From NCBI RefSeq assembly GCF_009914755.1, contig NC_060948.1: a stretch of 64,000 nt of DNA, one strand, 5' to 3'. This document shows, piece by piece, positions 1 through 12,060 of the stretch; the stretch's first letter is position 1, and every line of letters starts with the position of its first letter. The DNA is from the human T2T-CHM13v2.0 reference genome, Homo sapiens. The notes below the pieces were generated by a model. It did not search any database, was not told where the DNA came from, and was given only the letters and a program-made list of their open reading frames with translations. The translations under genes were made by a program, and so were the position numbers.

Positions 1-63
1 TGGCACAAGAAGATCTACATCTTCCTGGGAGAGGCAGCTGAGATCAGAAGGGACCAGCTGGAG
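1..63 (+). pseudogene. CSPG4P: CSPG4 (NG2 proteoglycan) pseudogene exon, 3' end (continues upstream of window)
   Basis: Frame 1 reads WHKKIYIFLGEAAEIRRDQLE followed by a GTGAGG donor at 64; matches CSPG4 HKKIYVFQGEAAEIRRDQLE as I recall it. Confidence 0.9.
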
Positions 64-319
64 GTGAGGAGCTGGGGGTGGTGAGTGGGGGTGTGGACCA
101 GGTAGAGGGCCTTCCTCCCAGCCTCCCTGCCGGGAACACATGTGACTTGGGCTGTGCCTGTGGTGGTCCCAGGTTGCGTGTGTGCACGTGCCTCAGATGT
201 GCTCCCATATATGTTGTGTTCCCAAGAGTTTCTGGGGAGCTTGCTGTACACCCATCCTCCGGGGAGTTGTGTGTGCCTCTAGAGGTGGTGCCCACTCATG
301 TCCATGGCATGGCTGAGCA

Positions 320-420
320 TGCAGATTCCTGGACCCCACCCAGCCCTACAGAATCTCTGAAGTGGAGCCCGAGAATCTGCATTGCAGTCAGTTCCCTGGG
401 AAGGCATCACGGGTCCTGAA
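320..420. mobile_element. MER5A-like hAT DNA transposon fragment
   Basis: gcagattcctggaccccaccc...agaatct...gagcccgagaatctgcatt resembles the MER5A core. Confidence 0.45.
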
Positions 421-867
421 CTTTTGGGATTGCTGGCCGTGGAGACAGGCCACTGCCCCTCAGACCCCTGTGTACCCTGCTTTTTTCTCAGAGCCCAGAC
501 CAGGACTAGGAGGGTCTGTCAAGGGCTTCTGCTCATCCAGGAACCCCACAGAACCCCACAGACCAGCCACAGGCCTTCCAGAGATCTCACTGACATGCCC
601 TGTGACCTCAGGCCAGTCCTTGCCCACTCTCAGCCTTACTCTCCCACACTGCTCATTTCGGAGACCCTTCTGGTCTGCATCTGAGCGTGGGGCCCACGGT
701 GAGCCAGCAGATCTGGCATCAGGAAGGTCTCATGGGAGGAGGCAGTGTTTGGGCTGGGCTCTGAAGAGCACAGGCCATCTGGAGCAGGGAATGGGGAGTG
801 GTATTCCAGGCAAAAGGAACATTCCTGGCAAAGGCACAGAACAGGAATGTGAGTTTGGGGGCAGTTC

Positions 868-903
868 ACAGGGGAGGACCTGGTGAACTTCACTCAGGGA
901 GAG
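868..903 (+). pseudogene. CSPG4P: Remnant of a far-downstream CSPG4 exon (3' end only)
   Basis: ACA GGG GAG GAC CTG GTG AAC TTC ACT CAG GGA GAG = TGEDLVNFTQGE then GTAAGG donor; CSPG4 has TGEALVNFTQAE. Confidence 0.75.
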
Positions 904-2509
904 GTAAGGGCCCCATTCTGCAGTCACCACTCAGATGCGCCCAGCCTCAGGTGGCCACTGTGCTATGGACATCATGTGGACATGGGCACCAGCTCCAGCA
1001 TCACTGTCAGCAGACACTCCCGGGCCTGCCATGGTCCAGGGCCCTGGTGTCCTGCCCTCCAGGAGTCATCAGGCTGGTGGGGCAAGTTCATGTTCCCAGA
1101 AGGAGGGAGAAGGATGCAGGAAGTTGGGGATACAGGTCCCTAGAGCAGGGCTGGGGTCTTGGGGTGTGGCTTCCAGAAGGAAGCTACAGCTGGACCCAAG
1201 GGTCTAGAGAGGGAGCACCATGTAGGGGCACTAGTGGCACCCCAGTAGCTGGTGAGGGGCAGTGCTTGGTGGGGGATGGAGTCAGAGGTGAAGCAGCTGC
1301 TGGGGCCTGTGGGCAGAGGTGTGAGCCTGGGGCTCAGATCAGGTGCCAGCCAGAGGCAGAGTGGATCCTAGGAGCAGATGAGCTGATGAAAGGCAGCTGA
1401 GTCAGCCAAAAGGGGGAAGCCACTGTTCATCTGTCCTGGTGGCTTCAGGGAAGAACTAGAGCTCTCAGCCATGGGTAGTGGCAGACTCTGTGTGGTAATT
1501 GTGCCATGGGGACCAGCCCAGTCATTGTTTAAATGAACACCTCTCCCCAAAGGCAGAACGGGAGTTGTTCCATAGCAGGGCAGAGCAGGGCAGACTCTTT
1601 GTGGGCCGTCCTGGGCAGGCAGCACACCTGATGCTCCCACCAGGAGACTGCGTGAGCATCTGGACCCAGCACATGATCACAGTGAGTTCTGGGTAGGGAG
1701 TGGTCTTGTGGGGCGCAGAGCTGACTCTGTCATTCAGGAGCCACGGCACGCAGCACTGCCTCAAGTACCTCCAGAGGGGTCCCACTGCCAGCCCTTGAAA
1801 ATGGCAGAGCCCACACCTAGCCCCCTTTTCAAGCTCCCTTGCTTGGGCAAGGACCTCCTGAGCCTGGCAGTCTCCCTCCTGAGAGGTGCAGATGGTACTC
1901 AGCAAGTGCAAAGCCAAGGTTTCTTGGGCCTCTCACATCAGTACCTCCCAGACCTGGGTTCTTTATTTCCCCAGAGCTCCACTCCTGCTATGGCACCCTC
2001 CCCACAATGAGATATTCATCAGGCTGGTGTCTACAGCTGCTGCATACCCTCAGTTGCTGGGATCCTTTGTCAAGAATGCCCAGGAATGAGGAGGGCATGG
2101 GACCAGACCATCAGCAACCCTCTTGCACTCTATAGTCCCACGTTACTCAGAGCTTCCCCATGCCCCAGCAAGATGGACTAGATTGAATGGTCACCAGGGG
2201 TCCAGGCTGGCAGTGCCACCCAGGAAAGCCGGGAAGAGGCTACATGGGCTACCTGGCCCACTCAGGGAGGAGGAGGGCAGGACTGGGTATTGTCTTGACA
2301 GCAGCCCTGTCCCACAACACTGAACTGGGCTGGGAAGGGGTCAGGTGTCCTTTTTCAGGTAAGAAAACTGAAGCTCCTGGAGGGCAGGTAACTGTATTCA
2401 GAGCACATGGCGAGTAAGAGGCAAAACTTCTGCTGGCAAGTCCAGGATTTCTGTCACCAGAGGACACTGCTTGCTCCCCAGAGCTCAGGACCCTGTGTTT
2501 TGTCTCACT

Positions 2510-2757
2510 CCCACTCCTGGAGGCCGAGACGGGAGGATCACTTGAGCCCAGGAGTTCGAGACCAGCCTGGGCAACATAGTGAGACCTTGTCTCCACACAA
2601 AAATTTTACAAATAGCTGGGCTTGGTGGTGGCACGTGCCTGTAGTCCTAGCTACGTGAGAGGCTGATGTTGGAGGATTGCTTTGAGCCCAGGAGGTGGAG
2701 GCTGCAGTGAGCAGTGATCACTGTACTCCATCCTGGTGACAGAGCGAGACCCTATCA
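2510..2757 (+). mobile_element. AluJ-like SINE
   Basis: ggaggatcacttgagcccaggagttcgagaccagcctgggcaacatag (J-type diagnostics), dimeric structure. Confidence 0.85.
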
Positions 2758-3066
2758 CTGCCCCCTGCCCTGCCAAAAAGAAAACTGAGTAGACAGGTGT
2801 CTTCTTGGCATGATAGGTCCTAAGTCCCCTCCCAGATCTGTGACATTGGACAGGTGTCTTTTCCTCTCGACCTCAGTGTCCCCATCTGAGTGAGAAAAGG
2901 CGGTGGGGAGGGGGATCTTCCAGTTGAAGCGGCATAGAAGCCCGTGTAAAAAGCCATACTCCAAGGGGCTCCAAGTCCAGCACACAGTCCCAGCAGGGCC
3001 CAGCAAGGCAGCCAGGGTGGCACAGGCAGCAGGTCCCAACCTTCTTCCCTGTTTGTCCACTCTCAG

Positions 3067-3309
3067 ACCACGGAGTTCATCATCTCGGAGCCGCTGGCCA
3101 ATCTGTACTCATGTGGGGACCAGAACACACTGATGGAGGAGTTGGCAAAGCAGGCACAGCAGCGCGACAAGATGCTGTGCATGCACCACGCGCTGAAGGA
3201 GGCAAATGACATCAACAGGTGACATCAACAGGACCACCGTCAGCATGCCCATGCCCCCGCCTGTGGATGACACCTGGCTGCAGGTGCAGAGTGTCCCTGA
3301 GGAACACAG
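3067..3309 (+). pseudogene. DNM1P: DNM1 (dynamin-1) pseudogene exon, GED C-terminal part
   Basis: After a tctcag acceptor: [46 protein letters not shown], frameshift/TGA at 3220, then [26 protein letters not shown]; GT donor at 3310; matches DNM1 [26 protein letters not shown]...[15 protein letters not shown]. Confidence 0.92.
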
Positions 3310-3553
3310 GTACCAGGGACTGGCCCCCATAGCCCCAAAGTCCCCCATCCGGGCCACACAGAGGAGTGCCCAGGGCTTAGTGGCACGCTCCCTCATGGGG
3401 TGGTTCCCACCTGGAGTAAGGGGTGGAGCTGGGATGTTCTCACCACTGGGGGCGGGGCTTAAGCTCCGGCGACTGTCTCTGGGGGTGGCCGGGGCTGGGG
3501 CGGGGCCTCAGGGGGGCAGAGCCGCCCATCTCTCCCCTCCCTGTGCCTTGCAG

Positions 3554-3754
3554 GTCACCCAAGTCCAGCCCCAGGATGCCCAGACCCTGCCATGTCCCTA
3601 GCCCGGCCTGGGTGGCGGGCCCAGCTCTTGGGCTTCCTCTTGCCAGGTCCACCCTTGGGGAAGCGTGCCCTGTACCCTCCAGGCTAGAGGCTTCCCCTGA
3701 TCCCTTCGGCCCCTACCCCACCAGGTGCACTCATGCCCCACCCGGGGTCTCCAG
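3554..3754 (+). pseudogene. DNM1P: DNM1 pseudogene exon, proline-rich domain
   Basis: ttgcag acceptor, SPKSSP...PVPSRLEASPDPFGP...APPGVS, GTGAGT donor; DNM1 has SPTSSP...PPVPSRPGASPDPFGP...APPGVPS. Confidence 0.88.
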
Positions 3755-6552
3755 GTGAGTAGGGGCTGAATGCGACCAAAGAGGCTGCCGGATGGGCGTG
3801 GCCGGGATGGAAATGGGACTGGATTCCAGAGCATCAGACCTGGCCGCCTCCATCCAAGGCACTGGGACCATGGGTGCCAGAGCCACGTGTGGCCAAGGGC
3901 TGGCGGAGCCTGCCCCCCAGGGAGCACTGACTCCTGGAAGTGGTCGTTTTTGAGGGGGCTGTGGGGCTTGTCCCACCTGCCCCCTTCTGTCCAGTACGTG
4001 CATGGCACTTCCATCTTGGTGGGTTTTCACTCTTGGCGGCTGCCACACTTTGCATTTCTCTTCCTTTCTTCTTCTCACTGTCCTCCATCCTCCATTCTGT
4101 CCAACTCCTATCCCAGCCCCTGGGGAGCCTACCTCAGGTCTGAGAGTCTGGGTGTGTGGATTTCCTTCAGCTACCCGGATGTCCCCACTTCCAAGTCCTG
4201 ACTCCTTTGAGCCATCTCAGGGGGTGTCCAGCCACTGGACCACAGGAGTAGAGGCCAGGCTGTGACTGTGTGACCAGCAAGGTGTGTGATGTGTGCAGGT
4301 GCAAGCACACGACTGTGAGAGTGTAAGAATGGCACCCAGGCCTCAGCTAGGACAGAAGCAGCTGGGGAAGGAGCCTGGGGGCCACAGGCAATCTGATTTT
4401 TTCTCCACACCTGGACCACTCACCCTCTATCCCTAACCCTGTCTAAACTAATGGGGTAGTGGTAGCTGCAAGGGCAGGGATGAGAGTGGCTGAAGACTAC
4501 TTCACTCCCAAAGATTTCTAAGGAAAATGGTTCTACCGCATCCTTTGGCTTGGCCTGGTTGACCCATGACCCTCTTTCAAGAACATTCACTCTGATTTCC
4601 AGTGTGCCCTGTTTCTACTGGCCACGTTCTCTAAGGAAGAACAATAGCATCTGTTTTTGTTTCCAAATGGCTGGACAGTGGGGCTGTAGGTCCAGCGCCC
4701 ATATACAAAAATGAAGCAGGGATTGGGGCTTGCCCTATGACGTGCTGATGACCAAATTAGATGGGTAGAGGGAAGCAGCATAGTATTGGGCAAGATCACT
4801 GGACTGGGAGTCCAGAGATGCTGCTTCACCCTGGGGCTTTAAGCAAGTCCCTTTCCCTCCCAGAGCCTCAGCATCCCTTCTATGAAATGATGACGTTCTG
4901 CTTTTCTCCTAGGATGGCTGTGGGGATCAAGGGAGACAGTGGCCATAGGGATACTATGTTAACTGCAGATGTGGCCATAGGAGCACTTTGCTAACTGCCA
5001 ACATGAGTTCAGACTCTTCAGGCTATTTGGCACCCAGGTCTATGGTGAGGTGTGACATATGGGATGCAAAGTTTGATGCCTGCTCCGACTCCAGTCTTGC
5101 TAACACACACGAAACCTTTGGCAAATCATGACCCTGCCTTGGGGAAAAGGGCAGTCTGGGAGAGTTTCTTCAAGGCAGCCTGGCTTCAATGCAGTCCGGG
5201 GCATGACTGAGATAGGCATACGTTGTGAGGAACTGGAGGGTAACTGGGTAAAGAGCTGCAGTGTGGGCAGAAGTGTAGTGTGGGTCACATTGAGGATAGC
5301 CACTGGCCAAAGCAGGGAACAGAGACAGAATGAGGAAGAGCTCTGTGGGGAGGGTGGGGCACCGGGTGGAGAACCTTCAAAGTCCAAAGAGTATGACTTT
5401 TTGGGATTCAATGCTGTAGGCAGTAGGGAGCCATGGAAGGCTCTTAGGTGGAGAAATGACAGCCGGACATTAGTGAGCAAGCCCTGTCTCCCTGAGCAGC
5501 ATGGGTGGTCCTCTGAGCACGCCAGGCACGAGTGTGCAGGGAGCTGGTGCACATGCCTCTGTGTGCGGGTGAGCATCTGTGTTGTGACTCTGCCCACGCA
5601 TGTACTTCAGTGTGCCGAGTGGCTGCACGCCCCAGATCCATGCAGCACGTGCCGGCCGGTGAGGGTGCTGGGCACCGGGAGGTGGTGGGGAGGGCGACGT
5701 ATGCGTGTTGTTTGTGGGCATGTGTGTTAGCGTGTGCATGCGGGCCGTGGGGCCTCACAGCATGTGTGTGCACACTCCGGTGTGTGCGTGTGTGTCCCCC
5801 ACCCCCAGGCCTGCCCCTTCCTTCTGGAGCTGCAGACTTGCTCCTTCCTTTTTCTGTCCTTGTGCTGCTGGCTGTCTCACTTCCCTCCTTGTGAGCCATG
5901 GGACTCAGTGCCACTTCTCAAGGTCTCCATGGCTGAGCCTGGGGGCTCCATGCCCAACCTGGCAGACATGGAACCATCAGAGAGGGCACAGAGCTCATGG
6001 TTTATGGTGTAGGGGCTGGGAGCTTCGAGGGGGTTGTGTGAGGGGCTGGACTCAGGCGGCCAGAGACCTGGGAACATCATACTGGGCACGCCGTACCTTT
6101 CGTGTGGTCTGAGTCATGCTGCCAGGGCAGGGATCCAGCTCCCAGCCTGGGAGTGCTGAGAGCCAAATCCACTGCAGATTAGGGGTGGTAGTCAGGGTCC
6201 CACATCCTCTATCTGTCAGCAATCCAGTGGTGATCTAGGATAAAAGCCTGAGAGTCCTATACACATGGTCATCCCACAACACACTTCATAGGCCATGGAA
6301 GGACACACAGCCCCCTTCCCTCCCTCCCAGGTACCATGATAGCTGCTAGCATGTGACTGAAGGCAGGGTCCCTGGCCCCTGCTGAAGCACTACTGCTGGC
6401 CAGCAGGCTCATGCACCTTGGCCTGTTGCTTCTAGGGTTCGCCAGTGCTATTCAGCCAAGGGGACCCCAGTGCATGCTGGCCCAGCTGAGCTCCACCTAG
6501 AGAGCTCACTTCCCTTTCCTGCAACGGAGTCTCCCTCCTCTGCTTTTCCCAG

Positions 6553-6625
6553 CAGGAAGGGCCCAGCCACACCTATGTAACCTGCAGCCCCCCGCTGACC
6601 AGTTGAGGCTCCCATTAGACTTAGA
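6553..6625 (+). pseudogene. DNM1P: Remnant of a DNM1 alternative C-terminal exon (RKGPASPTRPAAPRPTEAPLLDL-type tail)
   Basis: ttttcccag acceptor, then RKGPATPM*PAAPR*PVEAP; resembles the dynamin-1 splice-variant tail as I recall it. Confidence 0.6.
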
Positions 6626-7195
6626 AGTCTATGGCCAATGGCATCCAACTACCTGCCCTCCCTGCCTTCCCCAGGTTCCCTCAGAGGACCCTGGGCTTTC
6701 TGATGGCTCAGAGGGGCCTCTGGCATTCACTCCAGCCAGCCGTCCCTTATAGATCCACCATTTTGGTTCAGTGTTCCTTCTCTATCAGGCTTGGTGGCTG
6801 TTGGATGGGGCTCTCCAAGCAAGAGGTGGCCCTGGGCCAGTGGGTTGGAAGACATGGGGACCACAGAAGAGGGAAGCCCGAGGGGGCTGGCATTGGTCTG
6901 AACTGTGGGTGGATGGGTGGATTGCCTGGGTGCCATGAGAGACGCCAGCGTGTGTGGGGTGGGGAGGGCCGCCGCAGTCCCCAGGCACTACCTATGAAGC
7001 TCTGGCTTCTCCCTCCATCTTCCTCCCCTTTCCTTTCTAGCCCCTCTTTTCCAGGAACCTTGCCATGCCCACAGCTACGCCCTCCCCTCCCCGGCCCTCC
7101 CACAGCTTCTGCAGCGCACCCATACTCTGCACTCGCCTCACCAGCTCTGACTTTTCTCTAACCCGTTTTCTCTCTGCTTTCTCTCCAACTACCAG

Positions 7196-7256
7196 CTGAT
7201 CGGGTCAGGCAAGTCCATCCCATCCTGAGAGCCCCAGGCCCCACTTCGACCTCTAA
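7196..7256 (+). pseudogene. DNM1P: DNM1 terminal coding exon (followed by 3' UTR-derived sequence)
   Basis: Polypyrimidine tract plus AG, then *SGQASPSHPESPRPHFDL-TAA; DNM1 ends RSGQASPSRPESPRPPFDL; CGA>TGA at 7197. Confidence 0.9.
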
Positions 7257-7473
7257 ACAGATTCCTCCTCTTCTCAGAGACCTCCCTTTCCAAGCCTGCC
7301 TGGGTGGGTGTCCTGTGACTTGACAGTGGCTCCCCCAGCCCCAAAGCCAGCCCCCTTCATCTGTGACTTAGTCTGTTGTAGTGGTGAGCTGACACATCCA
7401 GGTGTGACCATTGCTGAAAACTTGTGCCCCCTCTGTGGTATGCCCCTGCCCAGTTCTATAAATAGCTATAAAT

Positions 7474-7528
<55 letters not shown>

Positions 7529-7538
7529 CATATATATA
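7474..7538. repeat. Compound microsatellite (CT)n(CA)n(TA)n
   Basis: Directly visible. Confidence 0.95.
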
Positions 7539-8399
7539 CGTGGCCAACTGCCTCAGCTCTAGCACTGGGAATCAGTCCCCGTGCTGTGCTTGCGGAGTCT
7601 TGTGGACCAGCAAGAGGAAGCTGTCTCCTGACATCGCCCCTCCAACGTGCACCACCTCCATTGAGCTTCCGGGACATGCGTGGCCTGCGGACAGCTAGCC
7701 CCCGCCATCCCTCCCACCCTTCTGGCCAAGCATGGCGGTGCTGTGCAGGCAGCTGTGTGGCCTGACAGCCTCTACCAGTCCTGCTGTCCCTTGGCTGAGA
7801 AACCCATTTCTGGATGACAGAGAATGTGTCCTCTGCTGGCTGTGTTCTCTATGGACCTCAGGGGACGGAAAAAGCCAAGCCATTTTTAAGGTGTTGTTGG
7901 GAGCAGTGAAAAGGTCACACCCTTTTCAAGGGACACTTTTCCTGGAAAGTCCCTGGAGCTTAGCTGGATCTCACCCTGTGAAGCCAGCTCTGGCCACTAG
8001 GGGACAGGGCCCTGAACTCAGCCTGGAGGGAACCTGCGGGGCAGCCGGCACTCTGGAGGGACAGACAGGCCACCTGGTGCAGACAGGAGAGGGAGGCAGG
8101 GGGACAGAACGGAAGACACTTAGGGTGGATGGAAGTCAGTGCCCTTGGGCGCAGGTATCTGCCTTCCCTGCCACAGCTACATCAGGCTTCTCAACCAGTT
8201 GGCTGTCAGGGCCAGACTGTACTCCGTAGGTGACATGGCAGTCCCCATGAAATCCACCAGGTGTCACCAGGCAGCATACAGGTAACAGGCCTGGAAGGTC
8301 CCCAACAGCCCAGCTGGACATTCTGAGACACTCTGGGGCTCCTCATTCAGTGGGACAAACTGCAGGACCCAGTGAGGGAAACAGGAACATACCAGGCCG

Positions 8400-9025
8400 A
8401 GCAGTATGGCTAAATCCATTTATTCCAAAATCAAAAGCAAAAAAAAAAAAAAAAAAAACCGAGTACCATCACCAGGGAGCCATGACCCCATCCCCGCCTC
8501 CTTCCTTGCTCCTATGCTAGCAATAAATAAGTTTCCCAGCCGTGAACAATTATAAGAACCTCTTCCTCATATGCCAGCTGCAACCTCCGGTAGGTACGAT
8601 ACAGAATGTTACACAGATACAGTATGTACACGGGGGAAGGGGGGCCACCCCCAGCAGCCTGTGCCCTCACCTCATCTACAGTTATCTCCACTGTCCCGCC
8701 TCAGCTGCCTCTCTGAGTAAGAAGATGGGAGCCCCCCTGAGGGAAAAGTTGCTTTGGTGAGAGTAAGGAGGCCATCAGACCTCCTCCAAACAAACCAACT
8801 CCACCAACCTCTGGCTCTTACATAACAAACATCATCATCCAGAAATGTAAGGACTCAGGCTTGGTCAAGGTGGTAAAGGGTCTCTTTGTCTCCCTCCATT
8901 AGACAGGGGTCTTGTCTTGCTACCCTAATGGTAAAGGAGTGACAGGGAAGGGGTTGTAGGGACATGGTAGGGGTGAAGAATCCAGACCCACTTCTCCAGG
9001 CGTATGCTGACAGGGGCCTTCTTTT
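8400..9025 (-). other. Displaced GOLGA2-type 3' UTR with AATAAA (plus-strand tttatt at 8418-8423)
   Basis: Minus strand from ~9020 reads aaggcccctgtcagcatacgcctggagaagtgggtctggattc, resembling the start of the GOLGA2 3' UTR as I recall it; tail-to-tail with DNM1 as at the parental 9q34 locus. Confidence 0.6.
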
Positions 9026-12000
9026 ATTTATTTTTATTTTTATCCCATGATGTTTTTTTAAGTCCTGTAACTTCTTTTTCAGGATGTTTTGAAAAAAAAT
9101 TTCATAAAACTTTTTTTACTTTTTTTCCACAATTTTTTTGCCACAACTTGTCCACAGTATTTTTTATCCCGTAACTTTTTCATCCCACAACTTTTTTAAA
9201 TTCCTGTCACTTTTTTAGTTTGTGTTCTTTTAATAAACACACTTACATAGTTACAATTTTGTAAGAATAAAAACCGATTATCTCATGCCAAGCATACCCA
9301 GAATTTGCAGAGTCTCAATACCCAATACTATAGTTTTCAAGACACACAAAATTTTTAGGCAAAACAGCACCTTGAAACAATTTAATAATGTATTACATTA
9401 TAGTAGCATCACAAAAGCAGTCAATAATGCCACTTTAGACAAAAATCAGTATTTCCATTATGCATTCTGTGTATAAGAATTCATAAATCAGTAAAAGTCA
9501 TTCTAAGAAAACTTGGCAAATACAGCTTTGGACTGGAATTGGCATTTCTTTGTCTACTTTCCTTCCCCTACATTCTTTGTTTTAAACAACAGTATTCATA
9601 TTTTAAAATGTTTTAAATTATTTTAAGACATTAATATAGCAGTTACATTTTTGAATAGTTATTTGAAAGTGACTGTAAGATAAAGTTTTAGAGAATCTAT
9701 TATGGATAGGGTTGGCTTACATTTTCACATTTTCTAAAAATCAGCTTTGGTTTTAGAACTGATTGTTTTTCATTTCCGGAAAACCTACCAGGTTTAATCA
9801 ATTACTTTAAAAATAATTATCATATTTTGCAGTCTTTAAATAGGTGTTTTGATTCTTTACTCCCTGAAGAAATTCAAATTTATTCAGTTGAAGTCACATT
9901 TTTAAATTCTATGTTCCTGCTGAACTCTAACCTTCTAATGTTGCCTTCTAAGCAAATTAAAAGCTGCCTTATACTGAATGAGGTAGAGAACAAATACTTG
10001 GCTGAATGAGGTACTGCAAAAGACTGCATGCACTTTGAAGAAAGACTTGAGTTATTGTCATAGGATTTCCATTCTCTTTAGCTTTTTCTTAAACATATGA
10101 CAAAATACCTACACAAAGAGTGGTATTTGAATTAATATAGTATATTTATATTTCAGACTGACATTCAGCTTAAATATGCCAGTATGTGATTTAATCCAGA
10201 GGTACCTGATGAACACATTATTGTCAGATTGGTTACAGTTGCTAAATGCTATCTGAAGGTCATTCCTAGTCATTTATGTGTCAGGGTAAAAGTGAAGTGA
10301 TTTGAACTATAAAAATACCTTTGAAATAATTTATCAATGTATTAGATAAGCTCAGTTTCAGAATGATAAACAAAAACTGTTAGACCAAATAACATGGCTA
10401 ATTAACAGTGGTATGATTTCTAGCCCGAGGGTTTAAAATGGAGTTAAAGTAAGTGTCTTTAAACTGAACTCAAAGAATGCAAAAGCAGCAAGTTCAGAAA
10501 AGGCAAGAACAGGACCTTTAGTCCATTTTAAGCCATAAATATTACAAAAAATATGCCTCTAACTGAAACTGAGAGGTATAAAAACATATTTCACTCTTCA
10601 TAAAGAACTTTGTGAGGAAATATAACTGATTGTATAGACACTTTCCTCATGACACTTTGACATTCACAAACAGTAGATTGTGCTGCAGTTTGTAAACATT
10701 TTAAGTTGCATAAACTGCTCCTTGATTTTCAAATGTAGTATAATACTGTCTACTAAAATTCCTTTTTGTTTCAACTAAGTACTCTCGCTATATTAGTTTA
10801 TAACAATGTTTGTTATTATTTTTAAAGTGTTCTCCATTCAAGGAAAATAAGTAAATTCCTATGTCAGACGGTTGAACACTAGCTATTAGCCAGAGAGGTC
10901 TAGATGGTAAAATCCATCTTCTAGCCTCAAATAAGCTATATGAACATAGAGGAATGCCAGGTGTCACACAGCTTTCCTTCACTCAAATTCATTCTTGACT
11001 AGAGCCTGTATGCCTGTTCCAGGGACATTTAAACTCTTAAAGGATTTCTTCTGATCTTTACTAAATACAATAAGGAGAATGCCAACCAGTGCCCTTTTGT
11101 GTACTGGGACATGTAGTCATGTGATTAAAACAGGGAACATGAACTCTGACTTTAAAATGTTTGTAGATATAAATGCTCTCAGCTAGAAAAGTTTTTCCAC
11201 ATCCACAGTCATGATGGGAGCCTTTCATTCCTCAGAAATAATCCCTTTTCATGTCGTCAAAAAAGAGTACAACTGCCACAGCTCATGAGGCAGTATCTTC
11301 ATGAGCCCAGAGCACATACAAATCCTAAGGGAACTACCATAGTACAGTGCTCATTCTTGGCACCGGAACAAATGAAACATATTCTATCCTGCACACACCT
11401 ACCAGAGCAGGCCACTTTCCTCTTTTGGGAGATTTAAAAACCTCCCCAAAATGTTATTACTCCCATCCCCAATACACAGAAAAAGGGGGAAAAGCTGTTT
11501 CCAGTGCTTCACCTTTAAACAACTGTAAATGTCAGTACTCACAGTGGCATATTACAAAGTAATAGACCGTGCACTTGAGGGCAGACCACATATTGAGCTA
11601 ATGAAGAGCTCACTGTGATTAGGATTTGATCAAACATAACAGCAGAACATAAGGAAATTTTATCTGAATTCCGTAATGAATATACATGCTGTACTAACAT
11701 TTAAAAAGCATGGCAGCCTATCCCAAACCAGCAAGAAAAGTTGTATGCACATAGTGGGTCTTTGGGTGTTTGAACTCCCACCACATAAGGGCAAACTTGA
11801 TATGCATGCTAACATCCTATAATTATCAAATTTTAAAAAATGCTAAAGGATGCCAGAGTGAACATGAGGGAAAGACCCACTCTCATTTAACTTTTTACAA
11901 ATAAATTTAAACTATAAATTAGAAACACAAATAAATTTAAACTATAAATTAGAAACACAAATAAATTTAAACTATAAATTAGAAACACAAATAAACATAA

Positions 12001-12060
12001 GTGGCTCTAACTTTCAAATGAAGTAAATGAATTGTGTGGGAGACTAACCCCTTAACTTTT
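9026..12060 (-). other. AT-rich ~3 kb insert serving as the GOLGA6L 3' UTR (chr15 core element, reported to derive from the ITSN2 3' UTR)
   Basis: Sharp drop in GC; minus-strand ATTAAA at 9229-9234 followed ~12 nt later by a degenerate A-rich tail (9026-9216); sits between the GOLGA stop codon and the original GOLGA2-like UTR. Confidence 0.6.
11897..11995. repeat. Perfect 30-bp tandem repeat, 3.3 copies
   Basis: ataaatttaaactataaattagaaacacaa at 11901, 11931 and 11961. Confidence 0.97.

Noticed and set aside
15-8321. Many overlapping 60-200 aa ORFs in the GC-rich first 8 kb
   Set aside because: Expected by chance in GC-rich intronic DNA; only the short CSPG4 and DNM1 exon segments resemble proteins
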